This document shows, piece after piece, positions 10,084 through 20,500 of a stretch of DNA of 64,000 bases; positions within the stretch are counted from its first letter, which is position 1, and each line of letters starts with the position of its first letter. The translations under genes were made by a program, and so were the position numbers. The stretch is taken from positions 1 through 64,000 of the forward strand of contig CAXXWX010000013.1 in NCBI GenBank assembly GCA_963675745.2, read 5' to 3'. The stretch is from Phycisphaerae bacterium (GTDB lineage: Bacteria; Planctomycetota; Phycisphaerae; UBA1845; Fen-1342). Below the pieces are notes generated by a model. It was given only the letters and a program-made list of their open reading frames with translations, was not told the DNA's origin and made no database searches.

Positions 10084-13000
10084 ATGGCTGAATGTCCAAA
10101 CGCTGAGCAACTCGAACAGTATGCGGTCGGTGCCTGCGGTGCCGAAGATGCCGCCGCCATTCGCGCCCATGTGGCTCAGTGCCCGCGGTGCGCGCAGTGG
10201 CTGGAGGACGCTTGGGCCAACCAGGCGGTGCTCGGTGACGTGCAGCGCGTGTTGCGGGCCGGTGACGTACCGTCTGATCTACCGCCGCAAGATCCGCCGG
10301 CCGCAATCGGGGGCTACCGGATCGTCCGGCAGATCGGCGCGGGCGGTATGGGGATTGTGTATGAGGCGCAGCAGGAACGCCCACGGCGAACCGTCGCGCT
10401 CAAGGTCATCAAACCCGGCGTGACCACCCCCGAGGTGTTACGGCGTTTCGAGCACGAAGCCCAAATCCTCGGGCGCCTGCAACACCCCGGCATCGCGCAG
10501 ATTTTTGAGGCCGGCACTGCTGATTGCGGCCAGGGCCCCCAGCCGTTCTTTGCGATGGAGCTTATCGTCGGGCAGCGATTGACCGACCACGCGGCAGATC
10601 GCAACCTGGGCACGCGCGCTCGCCTGGCGCTCTTCGCCAAAATCTGTGACGCGGTGTTGCACGCTCATCAGAAGGGCATCATCCACCGTGATCTCAAGCC
10701 CGGCAACATCCTCGTGGACGACGCCGGGCAGCCGAAGATCCTCGACTTCGGTGTGGCCCGCGCGACCGATGCGGATGTGCAGATGACGACGCTACACACC
10801 GACATTGGGCGGCTGATCGGCACGCTGCCGTACATGAGCCCCGAGCAGGTCGCCGGCGATCCCGGCGCTCTGGACACCCGTTCAGACGTCTATTCGCTTG
10901 GCGTGGTGCTGTACGAATTGCTCGCGGGGCGCCTGCCATACGACCTCAGACACAAGATCATCCCGGAAGTCGCCCGCGTGATTCGCGATGCGGACCCGAC
11001 GCCGCTCAGCTCGATCAACCGGGTTTTTCGTGGCGATGTCGAGACGATCGTCGCCAAGGCACTCGAGAAGGATGTGGGGCGACGTTATCAGTCGGCTGCG
11101 GCGCTGGCCGGCGACATCGAGCGCTACCTGCGCGATGAGCCGATCACGGCGCGCCGCGCCGGGACATGGTATCAGCTTCGCAAGTTTGCCAGGCGCAACC
11201 GCACTTTGGTCGGTGGCGTGCTCGCAGCGCTGCTGTTCCTCACGCTGGGCGTGATCGGGACATCGTGGCAGGCGGTGCGCGCAACCCGCGCCGAAATACT
11301 GGCCCGCCGGGAACGTGACGCCGCGCTCACGGCGCAGCAGGCCGAAGCCGCGCACCGCGTCGCATCCGATCGCGTGCGTGAGTTTCTGGAGAAGATGCTG
11401 GCGTCGGTCGATCCCCAGCAAGCGCGCGGGCCCGACGTGACCGTCCGCGAAATCCTGGATGCCGCCGGGCGTCGGATTGACACTACCTCTCCCGGAGAGG
11501 TGCTGGTCGAGGCCGCCGTGCGCGACACCATCGGCCTGACCTATTACCACCTCGGTGTGTATGACCAGGCCGAAACGCAACTGCGCGCCGCGCTGGCGCT
11601 GCGTGAGGAAGCCCAGGGCGTCGACCATCTGGACACGGCGGATACGCTGAACAACCTGGCACTCGTGTTGGAGCAACGCGGCGACTTGGATGCCGCCGAA
11701 GACCTCTACCGCCGCGCGCTGCGCATCATGGAGCCGCAACTCGGGCGTCACCCGACGACGGCGACGGTGCTGAGGAACCTGGGCGGCCTGCTGCGTGAGA
11801 GAGCCGAATACGCAGCCGCCGAGGAGATGTTGCGCGAGGCCGTTTCGATCGCGCGCGAGACACTCGGTGACGCTCACGCGGAGACCGCGGACCAGGTCAC
11901 CGGCCTGGCGATACTACTGGACGAGACCGGTCGGCGTGACGAGGCCGGCGCACTGCTGCGCGAAGCGCTGCAAATCACGCGTGCTGCATACGGCGATCGC
12001 CACGTGCTGGTTGCCGTCGCGCTCAACAACGTCGCATCGCTGCTTCAGGAAGAGGGAGACTACGACGCCGCCGAACAAATGTATCGTGAAGCCCTGTCGA
12101 TCCGCACAGCGTTGCTCGACGCCGACCATCCTGACGTGGCCACAAGTCTCAGCAACCTGGCGAACCTGTTGCAGGAGCGCGGCGAATACGCCGAAGCGGA
12201 AGAGCTGTATCGGCGGGCGCTGGAAATCCGTCAGGGCCGCCTGGGCCCCACGCATCGCGATGTGGCCGATACGCTGACCAATCTGGCCTCGGTCCTGGAT
12301 GACCGGGGCGAGATGGTCGCCGCTGAGCAGCTTTATCGTCAGGCGGTTGACGTGTACCGGCAAGCGCTCGGCAATCAACATCCGCGGCTGGCAACCTGTC
12401 TCAACAACCTGGGCGAGCTGTTGCGGACGCAAGGAGATTACGACGCGGCTGAACCGCTCTGCCGTGAGGCGCTGGATATCTTCCGTGCCGCACACGGCGA
12501 CGAGCATGAGTCGGTTGCATGGGCGCTTCACAACCTGGCCGCGATATACAAGAGCCGCGGCGACCTGGATGCGGCTGAGCCGTTGTATCGAGAAGCGCTC
12601 GCGCTGAGCCGCAAACTGATGGGCGCGCGCCATCCGAATGTCGCCTCAACGCTCGCCAACCTGGCGTCGCTGCGCAAGGGCCAGGGGGAGTATGCGGAGG
12701 CGGAGCGGCTCTATCGAGAAGCCCTGGATATCCGCCGTGAATACTTCGGTAACGCGCACCCGGCGGTGGCGTTTTCGCTTAACAACCTGGCCGAGACACT
12801 CCGAGCCGCCGGCAAGTACGACGACGCCGCACCACTGTACGAAGAGGCGCTCAAGATCTTTCGCGACACCCTTGGTAACCAGCACCGTTACGTCGCGACG
12901 ACGCTGTACAACCTCGCGGCATTGCGGGAACAGCAGGACGACCTTGTGGCCGCCGAGCCACTATGGTTGGAGTGTTATGACGTCACGAAGACGGCGTACG

Positions 13001-13134
13001 GCGAAGCGCACACCGAAACCGCCGATGTGATCGGCCGCATCATCGACATGTATGAGGCAGCGAACAAACCGGACCAGGCCGCCGAGTGGCGTGCGCTACC
13101 GCCCGCATCACAACCCACCTCGGGGCCACGTTGA
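10084..13134 (+). CDS. Hanks-type Ser/Thr kinase with N-terminal HxxxCxxC zinc finger, one TM helix and a long TPR array
   Basis: HVAQCPRC; IGAGGMGIVY, VALKVIK, HRDLKPGNIL, DFGVAR, GTLPYMSPEQ, DVYSLG; TM after RRNR; many 42-aa LNNLA...A..LYREAL repeats. Confidence 0.95.
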   Translation: MAECPNAEQLEQYAVGACGAEDAAAIRAHVAQCPRCAQWLEDAWANQAVLGDVQRVLRAGDVPSDLPPQDPPAAIGGYRIVRQIGAGGMGIVYEAQQERPRRTVALKVIKPGVTTPEVLRRFEHEAQILGRLQHPGIAQIFEAGTADCGQGPQPFFAMELIVGQRLTDHAADRNLGTRARLALFAKICDAVLHAHQKGIIHRDLKPGNILVDDAGQPKILDFGVARATDADVQMTTLHTDIGRLIGTLPYMSPEQVAGDPGALDTRSDVYSLGVVLYELLAGRLPYDLRHKIIPEVARVIRDADPTPLSSINRVFRGDVETIVAKALEKDVGRRYQSAAALAGDIERYLRDEPITARRAGTWYQLRKFARRNRTLVGGVLAALLFLTLGVIGTSWQAVRATRAEILARRERDAALTAQQAEAAHRVASDRVREFLEKMLASVDPQQARGPDVTVREILDAAGRRIDTTSPGEVLVEAAVRDTIGLTYYHLGVYDQAETQLRAALALREEAQGVDHLDTADTLNNLALVLEQRGDLDAAEDLYRRALRIMEPQLGRHPTTATVLRNLGGLLRERAEYAAAEEMLREAVSIARETLGDAHAETADQVTGLAILLDETGRRDEAGALLREALQITRAAYGDRHVLVAVALNNVASLLQEEGDYDAAEQMYREALSIRTALLDADHPDVATSLSNLANLLQERGEYAEAEELYRRALEIRQGRLGPTHRDVADTLTNLASVLDDRGEMVAAEQLYRQAVDVYRQALGNQHPRLATCLNNLGELLRTQGDYDAAEPLCREALDIFRAAHGDEHESVAWALHNLAAIYKSRGDLDAAEPLYREALALSRKLMGARHPNVASTLANLASLRKGQGEYAEAERLYREALDIRREYFGNAHPAVAFSLNNLAETLRAAGKYDDAAPLYEEALKIFRDTLGNQHRYVATTLYNLAALREQQDDLVAAEPLWLECYDVTKTAYGEAHTETADVIGRIIDMYEAANKPDQAAEWRALPPASQPTSGPR

Positions 13135-13190
13135 AGGCAGAATGCGGAACACCGCAATCGCCGCACGGAGTTTCCGCATTCTGCATTCAA
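13131..13190. terminator. 19-bp imperfect hairpin built from TTCYGCA heptamers between convergent genes
   Basis: ttgaaggcagaatgcggaa / ttccgcattctgcattcaa, one mismatch. Confidence 0.55.
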
Positions 13191-13223
13191 ACGTGCGCGG
13201 CACACTTCGCCGCCACACTCCGT

Positions 13224-14207
13224 TTATTCAGTCCCGGCGAGTACCTGGCTTGAGAAGTAGGCTTTTTTGCCCGCCGGCTTGCTCAGTTCCAGACTGCCGT
13301 AGTGCGTACGGAGCAGCATGACGACGACATCGCTGCTCGGCATTTGGCTCAGATACTGGGCGCCGATGGTGGCGGAACCATCATCGATGAGGTCTGCCTC
13401 GACGACGCCATATGTATCCCCCTCGCCCGATGCGATGATCGCGATGATATGAGCGTCGGTACGACCCTGCGGGGGATTCCACGTCAGTTCGAGAGGGCTG
13501 TTCAAATCCAACGTCATCTCGCCCAGTGCTGCGGGGCTGGTGACGACGAGCGGCTCAACGACGGGCATCTGCTTGGTGAAGGCATTGATGTCCTCTCCGC
13601 CGGGCACGTCCCACTCGAAGTTGTCGCCGGGCTCGAACGTGCGCGGGGCAAGAGTCAGGAAGTTCATTAAGTATTGGTTGTCGGCCTGGCGATCCAACTC
13701 CATATTCCCCTCCGGCGCGCCCGTCACGAGCAGGGGGGTGCCGGCATCAAGATAGGGGCCGCTGGTTATGTCCGTGTTGACCCAGTCCTCCTCCGTGCCA
13801 ACGTAGGCGAGCACGTGGTCAGTGGGCGCGGCGGCGAAGTACCAGGGTACGACAGTATTCTCGAAGCGTGCGCCGGGCGTCCCCATGAAAGCTGAATTAG
13901 GTTCCGGCGTTGTCACCCAGAGCATTGTGAGAATGCCGGCCGCATCGGTCAGGCACTCATAGTCCGTCGTGCCACCATCGCCGCCATCAGTGCCGTCGCT
14001 ACCATCAGTGCCATCGCTACCATCGACGCCGTCGCTGCCATCAACACCGTCGCCGCCGTCACCGCCATCACCACCATCGCCGCCATCAACGCCGTCCACG
14101 GTCCCGTCGGTTGGTGTGGTGGTCGGACACCCTCCAAGCTGAACGCACGTCAGGCAGAGCGCCAGGCTCAATACCACGGAAAGTGCACCAAGATTGAATC
14201 GGCTCAC
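13224..14207 (-). CDS. Putative lipoprotein with a (DGX)14 acidic linker
   Basis: AGGAGGA RBS before GTG 14207; hydrophobic signal ending LGGCP; DG repeats, then a globular domain. Confidence 0.75.
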   Translation of the reverse strand: MSRFNLGALSVVLSLALCLTCVQLGGCPTTTPTDGTVDGVDGGDGGDGGDGGDGVDGSDGVDGSDGTDGSDGTDGGDGGTTDYECLTDAAGILTMLWVTTPEPNSAFMGTPGARFENTVVPWYFAAAPTDHVLAYVGTEEDWVNTDITSGPYLDAGTPLLVTGAPEGNMELDRQADNQYLMNFLTLAPRTFEPGDNFEWDVPGGEDINAFTKQMPVVEPLVVTSPAALGEMTLDLNSPLELTWNPPQGRTDAHIIAIIASGEGDTYGVVEADLIDDGSATIGAQYLSQMPSSDVVVMLLRTHYGSLELSKPAGKKAYFSSQVLAGTE

Positions 14208-14529
14208 AATGTGTCCTCCTGTGATTGATGTGAAGGCACGCACCGGCCTCGCCCCGAAGCGGCCGCTGGCGGCCGCCTGATGCGCATAGCAATCTACTGA
14301 AGGTCGAGGACCCTGCCTGGCCTGTCCGGGAGACAGCCCGATGAATCGCCGTCCCCCGTAACTTTCCCTGCTCGCCAACGTTGCCGAGCACTGCGCCCGT
14401 ATGGTACCCACACCCGGCACGCGCTGGCAATACGTGCGTACGCAATCAAAGCAAAACGCCGACGGCCGCCGCGGTTATTGGTCTCCTCTGTCAGCACGAG
14501 ATCCCGGCATTCGCGCGGCGGGCTGACTG

Positions 14530-17500
14530 TCAGTCGCGCACACGCAGACGCATCTCGTCACTGATTGCGCGCACCTCGGGAGCGTACATGGCAAAACCGG
14601 TGGTCGGCAATGCGTGAAAGCTGCCCGGCGTCTCCGCGCGCAGCTTGTACCGCAGCACGTGTTCACCCTGTTCCAACAGGCCGATGAAGAAGACCACCTT
14701 CTCATCGCGCAATTCAAGGTTGGCGCACAGACCGCCGGCCCAGCGGCCGCCGCTGCGCAGTTCGAGCGGCTCACATCCGGCCGGTTTCATATCTTCGAAC
14801 GCAAGATAGTCGTACACATTCTTGGACGTGATTCGCAGCACAACCTCGATTCGGTCGCCGCTGTCAACCGCATCGCCGTTGACCAGGGGCACACGCGTGT
14901 ACACATCACGCAGCTCCGTTCGACCGGTTTGGCTCAGTGCCACGGGCTGGTTGGCGGGCGGAGTCGCGGCGGCGCCGGCGTCGGGCAGGCGCACCGTCTC
15001 GGTTCGCGGGACCAGCTTGAAATACTCACGCTCGATGAAGATCTCGTTGCCGGCGCCTTTGATGTCCTCCTCCTTGGTGAAGTAGCTCAGATAGCAGGAG
15101 TAATACAGCGCGCCCGAGCCGCTCTTGGTCAGCGTGACCACGTGCTCGCCCGGTTCGACCTGAAGGCCGTACAGCATCACGCGGTTGTCGAACGTGAAGA
15201 AGTTGTCCTTGTTGACGTTCACGCTGCGCAGCGGCTTGCCATCTATGTTGATCGTCAACTCGTAATCCGGTGCCGCCTCGCCCGACGCCAGCATATAGTC
15301 GGCCATCGCGGCGATGGTCAGGGCCGTGTCGCGCGTGCCACGCCAGTAATAACCGTTACGCCGGTTGTTGAGCAGCCATTTGACCAGCCGTGGGGCCAGC
15401 TCGTTTTGCGGATCGATGTTCACCAGGGCGCGCAGCGTCCACGAGTTTGTCTCAATGTCGTTGTTCCACCAGAACCACCAGTGCGCCTGCGGCGTGCGGA
15501 CCCAGGCGGTCTCGTTTGAGTCGTCGCGCTGGACGAATTGCAGCACGTTGCGCAACAGCGTGCGGGCCTCTTTGTCGCGTTGCTGGTTGTGCATGGCCAG
15601 TGCGAGCAGAACGTGACCGTAGTTGTTCAGATGGTCGCGCTGTTCGTAAAGCCGATCGACCCACTTCTTCAAGTCGTCCTCCGCCAGCCGCTGGTCGAGC
15701 GAGAGCGCGTAGGCTATGTAGGCCTGCGTCTGGATGTGGCCGAGGCGCTGCTGATCCTCGGGTTTGGCCAGCTCGGTCTCGACGGAGTTTTGCAGGAAAT
15801 TGACGCCGCGATCGTACACGCCGCCGTCGATGACGATATCCGCGTCACGCGCCGCGCGCAGGCCCTGCAAGACATACGCGGTCTGATACGGCGATGACGA
15901 GTCATCGCGCCACCAGCCCCAGCCGCCGTCGTTTTGCTGAAGAGCATAGATGCGTTGCAGCCCGGCGCGCACCATGCGATCCAGTTCGTCAGTATCAAAG
16001 ACCGGCGATTCGGGCCGGCGCTGGAAGCGATGTTCGAGATCATCGGCCCGCATCTGCCGGCGCTGCGCGCCGATCGTCTCGAGATCGGTGCCCAGTTTCT
16101 GTAGCGTGTGGCGGACGAGCACGGTCGGGTAAAAGCGGCTCATCGTCTGCTCGACGCACCCGTACGGATAGCCGACCAGGTACGGCAGGGCATCGATCAT
16201 AACGCCGGCCAGACTGGGCGAGAGCGTAACCTCAAGCCGCGTCTGTTCGGGGTCGATCTCGCGCGGCAAATCGATCTTCAGCGTTCGTTCGCCATCCTGG
16301 TCCACCCGGTACGAGCCACTTTGAGCGACGGTCTTGTTGATGCCGTGGACGAGCACGGGAAACGCCATGCGCATCCCGTCGCTCTCCTCATCGGTGAGGG
16401 CCTTGACGGTGATCTGCGCCAGCCCGGCTTTCAGCACCTTTACCGGCCAGTCAAAACGGTGCTCGTCGCCGGCGGCGACGGTGGCACGCGCGCGCAGGTG
16501 CAGATTACCCTGCTCATCAGTGGCCGGCACCTCATCACCGTCGGCCAGCGTGGCGAACAGCTCACCCGGGATGACCAGCTCGGCGGTAACCTCCTTCTCG
16601 CTGTCCAGGTAGTTGTGTGCGTTCGCCGACAGCACTACTTCGTCGCGTTCGATGAAAAAGCGCGGCGACTGGAGACGCACGAGCAGGTCTTTGGTGGTTA
16701 CCGCGTTGGCGGTGGCGTCGCCGACCTGCGTGGTTGCCGTCAGGGCATAGCCGCGCACGCGCCACGTCGTCAGCGACTGCGGGAACTCCACTTCAGCCTC
16801 GGCGACACCGTCGCGCCCCAGTTTGACACTGGGCAGCCACACCGCCGTGTCGGCGAAATTCGTGCGCAGCTCAGGCTCGACGAGCGCCTCAGTCCCCGGA
16901 CCGCCAACATCCAGGCCGGCGTGCAGGCTGGAGCGGCTCATCGGCTCGGCGGCCATGAAGCCGTATGCGGCTTCGCCCATGTCACGTCCCGCGCCCCGGC
17001 CTCCGACCGCGGGCGCCTCCGTGATCGACGCCAATGCGCGAACCTCGTCGGTTGCGGCAATGGTGGCTGAGTCCGCGGGGGCCTTGTTGTTCCTCTCAGT
17101 GTCTAGTGCTCTGAGTCGCCCGCTCTTCTCCGGCAGCGCCCACCACCCCGACCAGCCGTCCGGTGCTCCCCACTTGTGCCAGGCCTGCTCGGCCCGCTGG
17201 AACCTACCCCACGGTTGAAACGTCTGGTCGGCCGACATATCGACCTGCGCGCGGTGGTAGCGCTTTTGCCCGTGGTAGAAAGTGCGCGGATTAGGTCCGA
17301 ACTCGTCCTGGATGTAGGTCACGGCCTCGTCGTAGGCTGTCAACGTCACCAGCCCGGTCACGGGCTCACCGCTCAGGTCGCGCGCCTCGACGCGGATGAC
17401 GCCCGTCTCGCCCGGTTTGTAGCTGGGCTGGTTGGTCGTGATTGAGACGTTCAGCAGCTTCTCGACCGGCGGTACGAACAGCTCCCGCGACTCGGTGTGC

Positions 17501-20500
17501 ACGCGGCCGTTGCGCACCAGCGTCCCTTCGACGAAGAAGTTCGGCAAGTGGCGCTCCTCGATCGGGATATCAACCGTCGTCGTGCGCGACGGGATGTCGA
17601 TGAAGCGGTAGTTTCTCAACATGCCCAGGCTGACCGCGTCGCTGAACAGCAGGCGCGAGTTGTTCTCAGCCACGTTGATCAACAGGTGGCCCGTGTCACC
17701 GACCGCGTAGGTGCGCTTGTCGGCGATGATCTCCAGGTCGTTGAAGCGATATACGCGACCATCAAACTTCGGGCCGGCCACCCAGAAGACGCCGTTGCCC
17801 AGCACATCCTCGCCCCAAGAGTCCCGCGTCTTGAACGTGACGCGGTACTGACCCTCACCGGGGATTGGCAGGCGAAATGCGAGGCGGCCGTCAGCATCCG
17901 TCGCCGCATCCCACCGGCGTAAAACCTCCTCCTGAACCTCGGCATTGCCCGCGCCGCCATAGCGCACACGGTAGATGATCACTTCGCCGTCGGCTGCCAC
18001 CGGAACATTGTCGGCCGTCAACGTGCGCACGTTGACCTGACCGTCGCTGCGCGGCTGGTACCAGCCACCGTCGGTTTCGACAAATGCGTAGAACTCCTGG
18101 CGCGTGACCGTGACGCTACCACGGCCCTCGATAGTCCGGCGGCTGGCGTCGCGCACCTCGACCTCAACGGTGTAGCGGTGGTCGCGATCGGGCAGATCGC
18201 GCAGGGCCGGGCCCGTGTCGATCTCGACGTCATACGTGCCGTCGGGTTTCAGTTTCGCCGTGCCCCGGGCCACCAGCTCGCGGAGCGCTTTGCGTGTGCC
18301 TGATTGAAACCGATTCATGTACTGCATTCCGGGATCGCCGTACCAACCCCAGGAGAAGTAGCGCGGCCCGAAATCCCACTGGCCGGGCCACCATGACTCG
18401 CAGCAGATCAAGCCGCCCCAGCGTCCCCACCAGGGGAACCACGGGTAGGGGTAATAGCAGCGGCCGTAACCCTTGCCATAGAGCCAGTCGTATTCACCCG
18501 GGCCGAAGTAGACGTGTCTGTAGTTCTCGCGAAAGACCTTGTACTCGACCTTGGCGTTGACGACCGGCGCGCCGAAGTAGTAACGGGCCTCGATATGCGC
18601 GTTGATCTTCTCGCCGAGCCGCGCCTGGGTTTTGGCTGGTTTGACGGTAACCTCGAATTCGGGCTTCTTGTATTCCTCAACTCGGAATAGCCCGCCGGCG
18701 TTGTGCCGCGCATCGGGATACTGCCCGTTGATGCGAATCTGCCAGACTCCCAGCGGCGGTTCCTCGTCCAGCGTGAAATCGCCGCTGAAGCAGCCAAACT
18801 TGTCGGTCGTCGCGCTCCCGTTCTTAACCACGTTGTTCCGCGGATCGACGATCTCGAAGCTGAGCGTCTGGTTGGGCTGTGGCTTCTGGTACTCCCCCTG
18901 ATTCAACAGACGCACCCACACGCTGAATCGGACCGTGTGGCGGGGACGATAGACCGGACGATCGGTGACGACGTAAAACCGGTAGCCGCTTTCGACGTAT
19001 GCGCTGGGATCGTGGTCGCTCCAGTTCTGGAAGAACGACATCGCGAGCTGCCCGCCCTCGCCGAGCACGAGCGCATCGACCTGGGTATTGCCTTCGTTGT
19101 GCTTGCGCGTGTATTCGACAACTCCGTCCGCATTCGTGATCGCGGTTTCGGATTCCCAGTGCAGGCGATTCTTGTTGTTCTTCCAGTCGGCCCAGTGCTC
19201 GTAGACCTTCACGGACTTGTCGGCCAGTGGTTGGCCGGTGCGGGCATCGACGACCCAGATGAGGCCCTTGCCGGCCATGTTCTTGTGTACGATGGCGACG
19301 TCGGTGACCAGCGCCAGCGTGCGCGTCACCTTGTCAGAGCCAGCCGCGCGCGCCTCGATGATGTAGGCTCCCGGCTCGGTCAGCGGCAAATCCGTCGCGG
19401 CCCGGGCCACGCGGTTTCCGTAAGGCAGTGTCACCTCCTCGGACCACCGGGCAGCCTCGTCGCCGACATATTTCTGCCAGCGATCATCATTGAAGAACTG
19501 CCACTGAATATTGCGATACTCCCACCAGCGCTTGGTGGTATCCTCCATGGTGTCCTGGACGTATTTGGCGAGGTCGACACGCGTCGCCGTCAGGTCGATC
19601 TTGTCGCAATTGCGGTAGCTAAGCGCCAGCCTGGCGCCGCCCGGCAGGTGCACGGCGCCCGTGTCCAGCATCGCCTCGGGCCTCTCGATCAGCGCGATCT
19701 GCTGGCTCGCCGCGCTGCACCGCGCGTGGTCGGGGTATCGTTTGATCAGCGACTGGTACTCTGCGATCGCCAGGGGGAATTGCTGGCGCGTTTGGAAGTA
19801 CAGCGCCCGGGCGTATTGCGCTTCGGGGCGCAGCGTGCTGCCCGGATATTCCTCCTCCAGCAGGCGCAACAGCGCGATCGGGTTCTCGGCGGCCGGCAAC
19901 GTGACGACGCGCAGCCGCCCGCCGGCCAGTGTGAGCGCCTCGTCATCGGTCAGTTCCCAAATCTGCTTGTGGGGCTTGCCCGCGTCACGATCCACAGGAA
20001 GCGGTCGGCCGAACTGATCGTAGCGCGTCTGATAGCCGCGCCACAGGGCGGCGGTATCCGGCCCGTACAGCGATCGCGCCACCATTGCCCAGCGGAACAG
20101 CGCCCGCGCCGCCTCATCTTTTGTTTCTGAAGTGTCGAGCCGTCGAATCTCCTCCAGCAGGAACCGGATTCTCGCCCCATCACCGAGGTGCTCCGAATAC
20201 TCGAGCGGCACCTTGATAAACTGCGGCTGTCCGTCGGGGCCCAGCGGAATCCCCGTCGGCGGTTCCCGGTTGTACGCATCGCCATACCACCAGCGGGGCT
20301 CTTCGTAGTCGGCTTCATCGACCGCATCGGAGTCTTCATCCGGCTCCGCATCCCACCACCAGCCCACACAACCCCATTGGCCGTATTGCTGCGGCATGCG
20401 CTGGGCCAGCGCCGACGCCAGATCGAAGTTCACGCCGATGCGCTCGGCGATGATCGTCTCGCGACGCTGCCGCGCGTCGGCGTCTGCCTCGATCTCCAGT

